NCBI GenBank assembly: GCA_963719315.1
Contig: CAVRBU010000002.1
Location: 608,001-672,000, forward strand
DNA from: an uncultured Planctomycetota bacterium
GTDB taxonomy: Bacteria; Planctomycetota; Planctomycetia; Pirellulales; Lacipirellulaceae
Reading direction: 5' to 3'
Length of the DNA: 64,000 nt
Position numbers and translations under genes: made by a program. Below, one piece after another: positions 1-10,564 of the stretch. How positions within the stretch are numbered: the first letter of the stretch is position 1; each line of letters opens with the position of its first letter. The notes under the pieces are model-generated. The model did not search any database and was not told the origin of the DNA. It worked only from the letters and a program-made list of their open reading frames with translations.

Positions 1-1
1 G

Positions 2-3000
2 GTCGATGCCGACGATACCCCCATCTACTACGCGCTCCCCAAATCGTGGGAGGCGGCCAAAAACGACGGCGAGCGTTGGCGGTGGGTGCTTGAAACGATG
101 GTCGAATGGAAGCCAACGCTCCGCAACGACGAGCGCACCATTCGCGCGCAGTTTCTGCAATCGCAGTTCGGCGTGCAAACGCTGGCCCAGTTTGGAATCG
201 AGTTGCCCCAGCGAGACGAGACCGCCACCGGCAAGGTCGACAAGAAGCCCGGTGTTTGGGCGCTCGATACGCTCGGCGAGGATGAAACGATCGCCCGTCT
301 CGCCACGGGCCTCAAGCGTTTCAAGTTGCCCGATGAGCACAATTTCATCAAGCTGTATCAGCAGGTGGTCGTCGATGCGGACAGCAATAAGACTCCGGCG
401 CTAGATCTGCAGGCGATTTCCAACTTAGCCCAACTCTTCGCCAATCGTCGCCAATACCCGCGCGCTGCCGAATACTGGCGGATGGCGGTGGATCGCTCTT
501 CGGGCGACGCGCGTAAAGCCAATCAACAGCGGCTCGACCAAATCATCGGCAACTGGGGCCAGTTCGAAACCGTGATGTCGCAGCCGGCCGGCAGCGGCGC
601 CACGGTCGACTTCCGCTTTCGCAACGCCCAGCGCGTCGATTTCGTGGCCCGCGAAATCAACGTCGCCAAGCTGCTCGCCGATGCAAAAGCCTATCTGCAA
701 TCGAAGCCCAAGCAGCTGGATTGGCAACAGATGAACATCTCGGACGTCGGGTATCGACTGGTCCAGGACCAGCAGAACAAGTATGTCGGCGCCGAAGTCG
801 CGAATTGGAAATTGGACCTCCAGCCGCGCGACAAGCATTTTGACAAACGGATTACCGTCACTACGCCTCTTCAAAAGGCCGGAGCTTACCTCGTTACGGC
901 CAAGATTGCGGGCGGTAACACGTCGAAGATTGTCCTCTGGCTTGCCGATACCGCGATCGTCCGCAAGCCGATGCAAGACAAGTCGTATTACTATGTTGCC
1001 GACGCCGTCAGCGGGGCGCCACTCGCCAAGGCGAACGTCGAATTCTTCGCGTTCCGGCAGCGCCGCACCGACGGCAAAAACTACGAGGTGGAGACCAAGA
1101 ATTTCGCCGAAGCAACGGACGAAAATGGCCAGGTGTTCCTGCCGATCCCCGATAACGACAAGGACCCGGCCGCGCGCGAATTTCAATGGTTCGCCACGGC
1201 CACGACGCCCAAAGGCCGGCTCGCCTATTTAGGCTTCCATAACGTCTGGCAGGCCAAATACTACGATGCGCAATATAGCGAAATCAAGACCTTCACCATC
1301 ACCGACCGTCCCGTTTATCGCCCGAGCCAAACGGTGCAGTTCAAGTTTTGGATTTCCCAGGCCCAGTACGACGCCGAGGACAAGTCACCGTTCGCACACA
1401 AAGCCTTCGCCGTCGAAATTCACAACCCCAAGGGCGAGAAGGTTTACAGCGAAACGCTGACGTCCGACAACTACGGCGGCATCGCCGGCAAGTTCGATTT
1501 GCCCGCCGACGCCACGCTTGGCCTGTATCAATTGCTGGTTGTCAACCGCGGCGGCGGAACGTTCCGCGTCGAGGAGTATAAGAAGCCCGAATACGAAGTC
1601 TCGGTTGAAGCACCCACCGAACCTGTCATGCTTGGCGAAAAGATATCGGCTACGATCCGCGCGAAGTATTATTTCGGCTCGCCCGTCGTCAATGCGAACG
1701 TGAAGTACAAAATCCTCCGTAGCGAGCAAACGACCCGCTGGTTCCCGCCTGGTCCCTGGAATTGGCTCTACGGCCCCGGGTACGGGTGGTTCTCATACGA
1801 TTACCTTTGGTACCCAGGCTGGCGCGATTGGGGCTGCCGGCCACCGTCGCCATTCTGGTATATCCGCCCGGTCGAACAGCCTGAAATCGTGGCCGAACGA
1901 CAGGTGCCGATCGGCCCGGACGGTACGGTCCAAGTCGAAATCGACACTTCGATCGCCAAGGAATTGCACCCCGACCAGGATCATCGATACGACATTCAAG
2001 TGGAGGTTGTCGATGAGTCGCGCCGCACGATCGTCGGCAGCGGCGACGTGCTCGTCGCCCGCCAGCCGTTCGAGGTGCATGCTTGGGTCGATCGCGGCCA
2101 CTACCGTGTCGGCGATACGATCACTGCGCACTTCGCCGCCCGGCGAATAGACGGAAAACCGGTCGAGGGCGCCGGCAAGCTCCGGCTGCTGAAGATTTCC
2201 TACGGCGCCCCGCCGGAACGCGCGCCCGTCGAAACGGAAGTCCGCTCGTGGAGCCTGGCGACGAATGCCGAAGGCCTGGCCGAAATTCAGTTGAAGGCAT
2301 CCGAAAAGGGCCAGTTCCGACTTTCGTACCGAGTGACGGATAAAGCCGAGCACGAAATCGAAGGCGGCTACGTGTTCACCATCAACGGCGACGGCTTCAA
2401 TGGCAGCGAGTTCCGCTTCAACGACCTCGAAATCGTGCCCGACAAGCGCGTCTTCGCGCCGGACGAAAAAGTCCAACTGCAGCTCAACACGAATCACATC
2501 GGCTCCACAGTGCTGCTGTTCTTGCGGCCCTCGAACGGCATCTACTTGCCGCCGCAAATTGTGCGCATCGCCGGCAAAAGCACGGTCGTCGAAGTCGCCG
2601 TCACGCAGAAAGACATGCCCAACTTCTTCGTCGAAGCGACCACTGTCGCCAATGGCCGCGTCCACACCGAATCTCGCGAAATCTGCGTGCCGCCCGCGAA
2701 ACGTATCCTCAATATGGAAGCCGTTTCATCGGCCGAATCCTACAAACCGGGTCAGCACGCCAAGATCACCGTAAAGTTGACCGACGAAGCAGGCAAGCCG
2801 TACGTTGGCTCGACCGTCCTCTCGATCTTTGACAAAAGCGTTGAATACATCTCTGGCGGCTCGAATGTCGCCGATATCAAAACGTTTTTCTGGAAGTGGC
2901 AGCGCCAGCACCGGCCGCACCTCGAAACGAACCTCGGCCATTGGAGCACGAACCTCATCCCGCCGGGCCAGAACGCCATGGAAAGTCTCGGCGTGTTCGG

Positions 3001-5566
3001 TAGCACGGTGGCCGATGAAGACTCTTTGACGAGCTTATATTCCGATGGGTCAAGAAAACCTTCGGCTCGTGCCCAAAGCGGCTTCGGCGGAGGCGGTCAG
3101 AACCGAATGATGTTCGGTGTCGCCATGGCGGCGGAGGCTGCCCCACCTGGTTCGCCAGCGCCAGCAGTGGCAGAGTCCAAAATGGACGCGTCAGCGGCCT
3201 CCCCATCCGCCGCGCTCGTCCAGCCCTCGCTCCGCAGCGAGTTTGCCGACACGGCCTTGTGGGTCGCCTCGCTCGAAACCAACAAAGATGGCGTCGCCGA
3301 GGCCGAGCTCGATATGCCGCAGAACCTCACGACCTGGAAAATCCGCGCCTGGGGCATGGGCCACGGCGCCCGCGTCGGCGAAGCGTCGGCTGAAACGGTC
3401 ACTCGCAAAAACCTCATCGTCCGCATGCAAGCCCCCCGATTCCTCGTCGAGCGGGACGAAGTCGTTCTCAGCGCGAACGTCCACAACTATCTGCCGACGG
3501 TAAAACAGGTGAAGGTCCGCCTCGAACTCGATGGCAACACGCTCGAACTACCCTCCGCCCCCGAGAACACTGTTGAAATACCGGCCGGCGGCGAGCAGCG
3601 CGTCGATTGGCGCGTCAAAGTGCAGCGCGAGGGTGAGGCCGTCCTCCGCATGCTCGCTCTCACCGATGAAGAGTCCGACGCCGTGCAAGTGAAGTTGCCC
3701 GTCTATGTGCATGGCATGCTCAAGATGGATAGCTTCAGCGGTTCGCTCCGCCCCGATGATCGGCTGGGCACGTTCGAAGTGAAGGTGCCACAGGAACGCC
3801 GCGCCGAAGAAACCCGGCTCGAAGTTCGCTATTCACCCACGCTGGCCGGCGCGATGGTCGACGCCCTGCCCTACCTCATCGACTATCCCTACGGCTGCAC
3901 CGAGCAAACGCTCAATCGCTTCCTACCGGCCGCGATCACGCAACAAACGCTGCTGCGGATGAAGCTCGACCTCAAAGCGATCCAACAAAAGCGCACCAAC
4001 CTCAATGCTCAGGAACTCGGCGACGCGGCCGCGCGGGCTAAAGGCTGGCAACGTTTCAAAGCCAATCCCGTGTTTGACGAGGCCGAACTCACCAGGATCG
4101 TGAAAGCCGGCGTCAATCGGCTGCAGGAAATGCAGCTCTCCGACGGCGGTTGGGGCTGGTTCAGCGGCTGGGGCGAACAATCCTCGGCACACACGACGGC
4201 CACGGTCGTTCACGGTCTGCAAATCGCGCAGCAGAACGATGTCGCCCTCCTGCCCGGCGTGCTGGAGCGCGGCGTCGAATGGCTCAAGCGTTATCAAGAG
4301 GAGCAACTCCGCCGCCTGGCAAACATGGATGCCAAAGGCAACATCCTCAACAAACAGAAACCGGCAAAGCAATTCGCCGACAATCTCGACGCCCTCGTCT
4401 ACATGGTCCTATCCGACGCCAAAGTCAAAAGCGACTCGATGCGCGACCGCCTCTACAATGACCGCACCCATCTCGCCGTTTACGGCTTAGCGATGTACGG
4501 CCTCGCCCTTAACAACCAACAAGAGGCCGACAAGCTGGCGATGATCATGCAGAACATCAGTCAATACGTCGTCGAAGACAACGAGAACCAAACTGCATAC
4601 CTGAACTTGCCGCCCAATCTATGGTGGTATTGGTACGGCAGCGAGTTCGAGGCCAATGCGTATTATTTGAAGCTGCTCGCCGCCACGCAGCCCAAGAGCC
4701 CCGTCGCGCCGCGGCTCGTGAAATACCTCATCAACAATCGCAAGCACGCGACCTATTGGAACAGCACGCGCGACACGGCCCTCGTCATCGAAGCGCTTGC
4801 CGATTACATCAAAGCCAGCGGCGAGGATAAGCCCAATCTTACCGTCGAAGTTTGGGTCGATGGCCAGAAACGCAAGGAAGCCAAGATCGACGCCGAAAAC
4901 CTCTTTACATTCGATAACGCATTCGTGCTCGAAGGCGATGCGCTTACGCCCGGCCCGCACACGGTCGAGCTCCGCAAGAATGGCGCCGGCCCACTGTATT
5001 GGAACGGTTACCTCACCAACTTCACGCTCGAAGAAAACATCCGCCGCGCCGGGTTGGAACTCAAAGTCGAGCGACACTACTACAAGCTCACGCCTGCCGA
5101 CAAATCGATCAACGTCGCCGGCGGCCGCGGCCAGGCCGTCAGCCAGCGCGTCGAAAAATATGACCGCAAGGAAATTCCCGACTTGGGCACGGTCAACAGC
5201 GGCGATCTGGTTGAGATCGAGCTCGTGATCGAATCGAAAAACGATTACGAGTACATCCTATTCGAAGACATGAAAGCCGCCGGCTGCGAACCCGTCGCGA
5301 TCCAAAGCGGCTACAAAGGAAACGCGCTCGGCGCGTACATGGAACTGCGCGACAACCGCGTCTCGCTCTTCGTGAAAAACCTGGCCCGTGGCAAACACAG
5401 CGTCAGCTACCGCATGCGCGCCGAAATCCCAGGCCGCTTCAGCACGCTTCCCACCAGAGCCTCGGCGATGTACGCCCCCGAACTCCGCGGCAACTCCGAT
5501 GAACTGAAACTAAACATCACCGACGCTACCCCATCCGGCGAGCCCGCTTCAGCGGGCGGGAAATAA
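2..5566 (+). CDS. Bacterial alpha-2-macroglobulin family protein (MG domains, thioester), 5' truncated by window edge
   Basis: Frame open from position 2; TDRPVYRP and FRVEEYKKPEYEV MG motifs, low-complexity bait-like segment, thioester motif YPYGCTEQ, C-terminal ELRDNRV...AMYAPE receptor-binding-type domain. Confidence 0.95.
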   Translation, partial: VDADDTPIYYALPKSWEAAKNDGERWRWVLETMVEWKPTLRNDERTIRAQFLQSQFGVQTLAQFGIELPQRDETATGKVDKKPGVWALDTLGEDETIARLATGLKRFKLPDEHNFIKLYQQVVVDADSNKTPALDLQAISNLAQLFANRRQYPRAAEYWRMAVDRSSGDARKANQQRLDQIIGNWGQFETVMSQPAGSGATVDFRFRNAQRVDFVAREINVAKLLADAKAYLQSKPKQLDWQQMNISDVGYRLVQDQQNKYVGAEVANWKLDLQPRDKHFDKRITVTTPLQKAGAYLVTAKIAGGNTSKIVLWLADTAIVRKPMQDKSYYYVADAVSGAPLAKANVEFFAFRQRRTDGKNYEVETKNFAEATDENGQVFLPIPDNDKDPAAREFQWFATATTPKGRLAYLGFHNVWQAKYYDAQYSEIKTFTITDRPVYRPSQTVQFKFWISQAQYDAEDKSPFAHKAFAVEIHNPKGEKVYSETLTSDNYGGIAGKFDLPADATLGLYQLLVVNRGGGTFRVEEYKKPEYEVSVEAPTEPVMLGEKISATIRAKYYFGSPVVNANVKYKILRSEQTTRWFPPGPWNWLYGPGYGWFSYDYLWYPGWRDWGCRPPSPFWYIRPVEQPEIVAERQVPIGPDGTVQVEIDTSIAKELHPDQDHRYDIQVEVVDESRRTIVGSGDVLVARQPFEVHAWVDRGHYRVGDTITAHFAARRIDGKPVEGAGKLRLLKISYGAPPERAPVETEVRSWSLATNAEGLAEIQLKASEKGQFRLSYRVTDKAEHEIEGGYVFTINGDGFNGSEFRFNDLEIVPDKRVFAPDEKVQLQLNTNHIGSTVLLFLRPSNGIYLPPQIVRIAGKSTVVEVAVTQKDMPNFFVEATTVANGRVHTESREICVPPAKRILNMEAVSSAESYKPGQHAKITVKLTDEAGKPYVGSTVLSIFDKSVEYISGGSNVADIKTFFWKWQRQHRPHLETNLGHWSTNLIPPGQNAMESLGVFGSTVADEDSLTSLYSDGSRKPSARAQSGFGGGGQNRMMFGVAMAAEAAPPGSPAPAVAESKMDASAASPSAALVQPSLRSEFADTALWVASLETNKDGVAEAELDMPQNLTTWKIRAWGMGHGARVGEASAETVTRKNLIVRMQAPRFLVERDEVVLSANVHNYLPTVKQVKVRLELDGNTLELPSAPENTVEIPAGGEQRVDWRVKVQREGEAVLRMLALTDEESDAVQVKLPVYVHGMLKMDSFSGSLRPDDRLGTFEVKVPQERRAEETRLEVRYSPTLAGAMVDALPYLIDYPYGCTEQTLNRFLPAAITQQTLLRMKLDLKAIQQKRTNLNAQELGDAAARAKGWQRFKANPVFDEAELTRIVKAGVNRLQEMQLSDGGWGWFSGWGEQSSAHTTATVVHGLQIAQQNDVALLPGVLERGVEWLKRYQEEQLRRLANMDAKGNILNKQKPAKQFADNLDALVYMVLSDAKVKSDSMRDRLYNDRTHLAVYGLAMYGLALNNQQEADKLAMIMQNISQYVVEDNENQTAYLNLPPNLWWYWYGSEFEANAYYLKLLAATQPKSPVAPRLVKYLINNRKHATYWNSTRDTALVIEALADYIKASGEDKPNLTVEVWVDGQKRKEAKIDAENLFTFDNAFVLEGDALTPGPHTVELRKNGAGPLYWNGYLTNFTLEENIRRAGLELKVERHYYKLTPADKSINVAGGRGQAVSQRVEKYDRKEIPDLGTVNSGDLVEIELVIESKNDYEYILFEDMKAAGCEPVAIQSGYKGNALGAYMELRDNRVSLFVKNLARGKHSVSYRMRAEIPGRFSTLPTRASAMYAPELRGNSDELKLNITDATPSGEPASAGGK

Positions 5567-5684
5567 CGGTTGGGTTGAACTATCACCTGTCATACTGAGG
5601 TACTCCAAAGAATCTAGCCGACACGTTCGGAATAGCTCAGGGTGACCAGTTAGAAAAATAGATTCTCGTGATTCGACTCGCGAG

Positions 5685-6125
5685 CTAAGATTTGTGCTTC
5701 GGAAGTTCAATGCATTGCTGTTGTTCGCGCGACAGCATGAAATTTTCCAAATCATCCAGGTAGCCGGCTGGGCTGCATTGCAAGTAGAAGGTGCAGACAG
5801 CGGCCAGCAACAATCCTCCAAGCCACCGAGCACGAAACACGCCAGCAACCACCAAGCCAACAATACTGACCGACCAAACGGCCCAGAGGAACATTACTGC
5901 CGTGGAAACGCCGATGTGACGATTCGCGTCAGCTCGTTGATAGTAAAAAAATGGCTCCGGCGCGGCATACGAAGCAGCAAGAACGAACGACGCGATCGTT
6001 AAAATTGCGGCCGAAACCTTGAACACGACAGATAAGTGTTCCCGACTCATTTGATCACTCGCATCGCGCCCCATGATCGCATCCCTCAAATATGATCTTA
6101 TCCTGGTGGCTGTCATTGAGTCCAT
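5685..6125 (-). CDS. Hypothetical membrane protein (about 3 TM segments); start uncertain
   Basis: 146-aa ORF with hydrophobic segments filling the gap between two + strand genes; no recognisable family. Confidence 0.5.
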   Translation of the reverse strand: MDSMTATRIRSYLRDAIMGRDASDQMSREHLSVVFKVSAAILTIASFVLAASYAAPEPFFYYQRADANRHIGVSTAVMFLWAVWSVSIVGLVVAGVFRARWLGGLLLAAVCTFYLQCSPAGYLDDLENFMLSREQQQCIELPKHKS

Positions 6126-6198
6126 CCGCTAGCATCCGGCGCGAGAATCGGTAAAATCAACGATCTAGGTTCCACAACGCCTGCGGAAAGGATTCACC

Positions 6199-6819
6199 GT
6201 GTCGCTCGTCGCTGAAGAACGAATTCTTGTCGTCCCCACCACGCTGTTCCACGACCTCGGATACTTCCAAGGTTTCTCGCGCGAGATCGACCGCTACTGG
6301 CCGCGGCTTGTCGTCGGCGATCATGTCGAATACCGCCCCCGCGGCGAAATGGAAGCCGACCCCAGCTTTAAGCAATTCATTCCGTACTGCCTCTTCCGTT
6401 GGACCGACGCCAGCGGCACCGTCCACCTCTTCGAATACCAACGCGGCGGCGGCAGCGGCGAAGCCCGCCTGCGAGCCAAGCGCAGCGTCGGCGTCGGTGG
6501 CCACATCTCGTCGATCGACTCCGAAGTCGGACAACTCGAAAACGTGTATCGAGAAGGCATGCGGCGCGAGCTCGAAGAGGAAGTCATCATTGACACCGCG
6601 TACACCGAAACGGTTGCCGGTCTCATCAACGATGATGAAACCCCCGTCGGCCGCGTCCATCTCGGCATGGTCCACCTCTGCGACGTTCGCGAGCCGCACG
6701 TGCAACCGCGCGAAGCCGATATCCAAGACGCCCGGTTCAGCCCCGTGGCCGATATCCTCACGCGCCTTGACCAGTTCGAAAGCTGGTCCCAAATCGCCGT
6801 CCGGGCGCTCTTCAGCTAA
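6199..6819 (+). CDS. NUDIX/MutT-like phosphoesterase (COG4112-like)
   Basis: E-x-DPSFKQFIPY, Y-x-R...GEARL...SVGVGGHI, RELEEEV Nudix-like helix, GLINDDETPVGRVHLG, ESWSQI. Confidence 0.85.
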   Translation: MSLVAEERILVVPTTLFHDLGYFQGFSREIDRYWPRLVVGDHVEYRPRGEMEADPSFKQFIPYCLFRWTDASGTVHLFEYQRGGGSGEARLRAKRSVGVGGHISSIDSEVGQLENVYREGMRRELEEEVIIDTAYTETVAGLINDDETPVGRVHLGMVHLCDVREPHVQPREADIQDARFSPVADILTRLDQFESWSQIAVRALFS

Positions 6820-6841
6820 CGAATCAGCTTGCACTCCTCCG

Positions 6842-6964
6842 TGTGCCACTGGCTATGCCAGTGTCCGAAGGTGGCATGCTCTCGCGAAGCACGACATGCC
6901 CACGCTCGCGAGTGAGCGTTGACGCTTCGCGTGAGCATGCTGGCGCGAGCGAGGGCATGCCACC
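6842..6964. repeat. Intergenic palindromic repeat cluster
   Basis: cactggc-tat-gccagtg hairpin, then inverted pair ggtggcatgc...gcatgccacc with internal palindromes. Confidence 0.65.
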
Positions 6965-7019
6965 CACCGATTGAGTACAATTGAGCGTACACGCACCCAA
7001 CCGCTTGCGGTTTAGCTCC

Positions 7020-8222
7020 ATGCCCGCCCACGACTTCGTCTACCTAGACAACCACGCCACCACGCGCGTCGACCCGCGCGTCGTTGAGGCGATGTTGCCC
7101 TACTTCGACGAGAAATACGCCAACCCGCACAGCGTCCACGCTGCCGGCCATGAAGCCCGGGACGCCGTCGACCAAGCGCGAAACGCGATCGCGGCCGCCA
7201 TCGGCGCTGACGCCACTGAAATCGTCTTCACCAGCGGCGCGACCGAAAGCAACAACCTCGCCATCCGCGGCGTCGCCGAGCGCGACCGACGCCGCGGCAA
7301 TCAACTCGTAAGTGTGGCAACCGAGCACAAAGCCGTGCTCGATCCGCTCGCCCGCCTCGCGCGCCGTGGCTACAACGTCACGCTGCTCGATGTCGAGCAA
7401 CACGACAGCCCTCGCGCCGGTTGGCTCGACCCACAAAAAGTCGCAGACGCGCTACGCGACGACACGTGCCTCGTCGACGTAATGCTCGCCAACAATGAAA
7501 TCGGCGTCATTCAACCGCTGGCCGAGATTGCCGCGGTGTGCAAAGCGCACGGCGTCCTGCTGCATTGCGATGCCACACAAGCCGTCGGAAAAATTCCGGT
7601 TGATGTGGCGGCGCTCGGCGTCGATCTGCTGAGCTTCTCCGCCCACAAAATCTACGGCCCGAAAGGTGTCGGCGCCCTCTACGTGCGGCGGCGCGATCCG
7701 ATCGTGCGGCTCGAACCGCAGATCGTCGGCGGTGGCCAGCAGGAGGGTCGCCGTAGCGGCACACTGAACGTCCCCGGCATCGTCGGTTTCGCCACGGCCT
7801 TGCAACTCTGCCTGGACGAGCTACCGAGCGAATCTCGGCGTTTAGCTGAACTGCGAAATACGTTGGCCCGCGCTATCAACAACCAAATAGGCGATGTCCG
7901 CTTGTGCGGCCCAGATTTGGAATTGAGATGTGACGACGGCACTCCGCTGCGACTTCCCGGAAATCTGAATGTCTCGTTTGGCAACGTCGATGGTGAAGCC
8001 CTACTGTTGGCCATGCGCAACCTGGCGGTGAGCAGCGGCGCCGCCTGCACCTCCACCGACAGCGGCCCGAGCCACGTCCTGCTGGCCTTGGGTCTCAGCG
8101 AAGACGATGCCCGCAGCAGCCTCCGCTTCGGACTGGGCCGCTTCAACACCGCCGCCGAGATCGACTTCGCAACCGACCGCGTTACCTCGGCCGTGCAAGA
8201 ACTGCGCAAGCTGAAAGTGTAA
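7020..8222 (+). CDS. iscS: Cysteine desulfurase (IscS/NifS type)
   Basis: [41 protein letters not shown] (PLP Lys), [18 protein letters not shown] catalytic Cys; ATG at 7020. Confidence 0.93.
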   Translation: MPAHDFVYLDNHATTRVDPRVVEAMLPYFDEKYANPHSVHAAGHEARDAVDQARNAIAAAIGADATEIVFTSGATESNNLAIRGVAERDRRRGNQLVSVATEHKAVLDPLARLARRGYNVTLLDVEQHDSPRAGWLDPQKVADALRDDTCLVDVMLANNEIGVIQPLAEIAAVCKAHGVLLHCDATQAVGKIPVDVAALGVDLLSFSAHKIYGPKGVGALYVRRRDPIVRLEPQIVGGGQQEGRRSGTLNVPGIVGFATALQLCLDELPSESRRLAELRNTLARAINNQIGDVRLCGPDLELRCDDGTPLRLPGNLNVSFGNVDGEALLLAMRNLAVSSGAACTSTDSGPSHVLLALGLSEDDARSSLRFGLGRFNTAAEIDFATDRVTSAVQELRKLKV

Positions 8223-8381
8223 TTCCCACCCACCGCGAGCGGGTTATCTGCTACATTCTGGCCAGACTACACTGTTTCCCGCCACGCCGCCGATGACTAT
8301 AATTGAACAACGAGATTCATTACAACTACGTTGCAAATTGTACGCATCTGACCGATTTCACGAATTGGAGATTTACGAAAA

Positions 8382-8715
8382 ATGGCCGTTGTCCTTACCG
8401 AAAAGGCTGCCAACGAAGTCAAGCGGATCATCGCCGATCAGAAAATCGAGCCGGAGATGGTGCTCCGAGTCGGCGTCACCGGCGGCGGTTGCAGCGGCTT
8501 TTCTTACGCGCTCGGGTTCGACAAGTCGTTCGACGAAAAAATCGATTCGCAGCTTTGAATACCACGGTGTCCCCGTCGTAGTGGATAAGAAAAGCGCACT
8601 GTATCTCGATGGCACCACCATCGACTTCTACGAAGGCCTCGAAGCCCGCGGCTTCAAGTTCGACAATCCAAACGCCGTGAAATCGTGCGGCTGCGGCAGC
8701 TCGTTTCAGGCGTAG
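8382..8715 (+). CDS. iscA: Fe-S cluster assembly A-type carrier (IscA/HesB); one extra base near 8550
   Basis: Hand translation from ATG 8382: [14 protein letters not shown]...[15 protein letters not shown]; continues in a shifted frame as [25 protein letters not shown]...[14 protein letters not shown]. Confidence 0.9.
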
Positions 8716-8719
8716 CGAA

Positions 8720-8785
8720 GTAGGTCCCGCTTGCCGAGCGGGACCTGCACCAACGCTGAGGTCCTTTCCGGCAGAAGGGACCTAC
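8720..8785. repeat. GTAG-family REP pair (BIME-like)
   Basis: gtaggtcccgcttgccgagcgggacct ... aggtcctttccggcagaagggacctac; same family at 54855-54956. Confidence 0.85.
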
Positions 8786-8948
8786 TAAGACACGCACAAT
8801 CCCTACAACCGGGCGCACATTCTCCGCGCACCCGCGCTTGCTTTCGTCCCCCGGTGAGCTAGGCTTTTAGCAAGGACATAGCCCGTTTGGCGCACGGCGC
8901 CATTCCGGCTCGTGAAGTAAAAAGCCTCCCCAAGGCGGACCAAACACC

Positions 8949-9125
8949 ATGATCAAACTCTTCAAAACACTGCTCTGGGAAGAAGACGGGCCAACGGCTG
9001 TTGAATACGCCGTGATGCTCGCGCTCATCGTTGCTGCCTGCCTGGGCGCCGTCCATTCGATGGCCCTCGCCACGGCCGACAGCTTCGACCAATCGGCAAA
9101 CGAACTCGGCGGCGTCCTCGGCTAA
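8949..9125 (+). CDS. flp: Flp/Fap type IVc pilin (orphan copy, 58 aa; absent from ORF track)
   Basis: MIKLFKTLLWEEDG/PTAVEYAVMLALIVAACLGAV...; canonical Flp G-x-T-x-x-E-Y motif. Confidence 0.92.
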   Translation: MIKLFKTLLWEEDGPTAVEYAVMLALIVAACLGAVHSMALATADSFDQSANELGGVLG

Positions 9126-9159
9126 TTCAAGTGGACGCGATCGAAGCATTGGCGGTTGC

Positions 9160-10242
9160 TTAAATTATCAGCATCGCGTCGCCATAGCTGTAGAAGCGAT
9201 ACTCTTCGCGAATGGCCTGGCGATACGCCTCGGCGATCAATTCCCAGCCGCCGAACGTTTGTACCAGGATGAGGAGCGTGGTCCGTGGGAAATGGAAATT
9301 GGTCAAGAGCGCGTCGATCGCGCGAAATTCGTAGGGTGGGCGAATGAACAGGTCCGTCGTACCCTGCCAGGGATAGATCAATCGGTCGGATTTAGAGATT
9401 GCTCCGCTGCCATCCCTGTTGCGCACCGCGGTTTCCAGGAGTCTCACCACGGTCGTGCCGATGGCGATCAAGCGCCCGCCCGCCGCGCGCTTTTGATTGA
9501 GCTCTGCCGCCGTGGCCGGCGAAATCTCACCCCACTCGCCGTGCATGCGGTGCTGGTCCCAACTCTCGCTCTCGATCGGGCGGAACGTCCCTAGTCCTAC
9601 ATGCAGCGTAATCCGCGAATAGCCGACTCCACGCGCTTCGAGCGCCTTCAATAGTTCGCGCGTGAGGTGCAGCCCCGCCGTCGGCGCGGCGATCGCACCC
9701 GGTCGCTGGGCATAGACGGTTTGATAGTTGGCAACGTCGTCATCCACCATGTTGCCGCCGCGGATGTATGGTGGTAGCGGCACGCGCCCCAAGCGCTCCA
9801 AAACTACCTCGGTCGGCTCGTCGGTCTCCACGTGCGCCAGCCACTGGCCTTCTTCGAGCCGTTCCAGTAGCCACAGCTTAGCTGCCGGCCGGCCTTCGCG
9901 ATCGCGTAACGTAATCGCTTCGCCGGCGTCCAGACGCCCGCGTGTCTTGCACAGTATTCGCCAGTGGCCATCCGGTGTCGATTCGATGAATAGCCCCTGC
10001 CATCGTCCGCCGGTTTGCGTGCGAACGCCCGACAGTTGGGCTCGGATCACCTTGGTGTCATTGAGGATCAGCCGATCGCCCTCGGGCAGCAGGTGCGGCA
10101 AATCGCGGATATGGTGATGCTCGATCGACTGCCGGCGGCGGTCCACCACCATCAGCCGGGCGTCCGTCCGATGGCGAAGCGGCTCCTGGGCGACCAACCG
10201 CCTGGGAATCTCATAATCAATGGGAAAAACGCCGTCGGGCAT
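9160..10242 (-). CDS. queA: SAM:tRNA ribosyltransferase-isomerase
   Basis: AQEP, NDTKVI, GRVPLPPYI, YQTVYA, AAPTAGLH, TLHVGLGTF, TNFHFP, YRFYSYGDAM. Confidence 0.97.
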   Translation of the reverse strand: MPDGVFPIDYEIPRRLVAQEPLRHRTDARLMVVDRRRQSIEHHHIRDLPHLLPEGDRLILNDTKVIRAQLSGVRTQTGGRWQGLFIESTPDGHWRILCKTRGRLDAGEAITLRDREGRPAAKLWLLERLEEGQWLAHVETDEPTEVVLERLGRVPLPPYIRGGNMVDDDVANYQTVYAQRPGAIAAPTAGLHLTRELLKALEARGVGYSRITLHVGLGTFRPIESESWDQHRMHGEWGEISPATAAELNQKRAAGGRLIAIGTTVVRLLETAVRNRDGSGAISKSDRLIYPWQGTTDLFIRPPYEFRAIDALLTNFHFPRTTLLILVQTFGGWELIAEAYRQAIREEYRFYSYGDAMLII

Positions 10243-10530
10243 GGTGATTCTAGCTTAATGCGTGGAACTCGATCGGTTGTAAAAGCGCTCCGCCCGCCTC
10301 CATCTTGCCCAAGTTACGGTTCGTGGCGTGTGCCTGCTACGATGCCCCAATCGTCGCATTACTCGGCCTTCATTGCCACCCCGCCGAGGTACTGTAAGCA
10401 TGTACATTGTCAACTCGGAATATTTTTTAAGTCGCGATTCATCGGGGGGTAAATTCCGAGCGCAAGTCACCGTTGGGAGATACAACGCGCGTAGTGAACG
10501 CATGTATAAAACCTGCGGAATAAACACCTG

Positions 10531-10558
10531 TTGACGCCCGCCGTAAAGAGGTTATTTT
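10531..10558 (+). promoter_or_regulatory. Putative sigma70 promoter TTGACG-N16-TATTTT
   Basis: Near-consensus -35/-10 directly upstream of a highly structured region. Confidence 0.5.
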
Positions 10559-10564
10559 CAGTTT

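Noticed and set aside
8540..8562. Programmed frameshift or selenocysteine TGA in iscA
   Set aside because: The downstream half is in another frame, no slippery site or SECIS is evident, and the case fits the window-wide indel error pattern.
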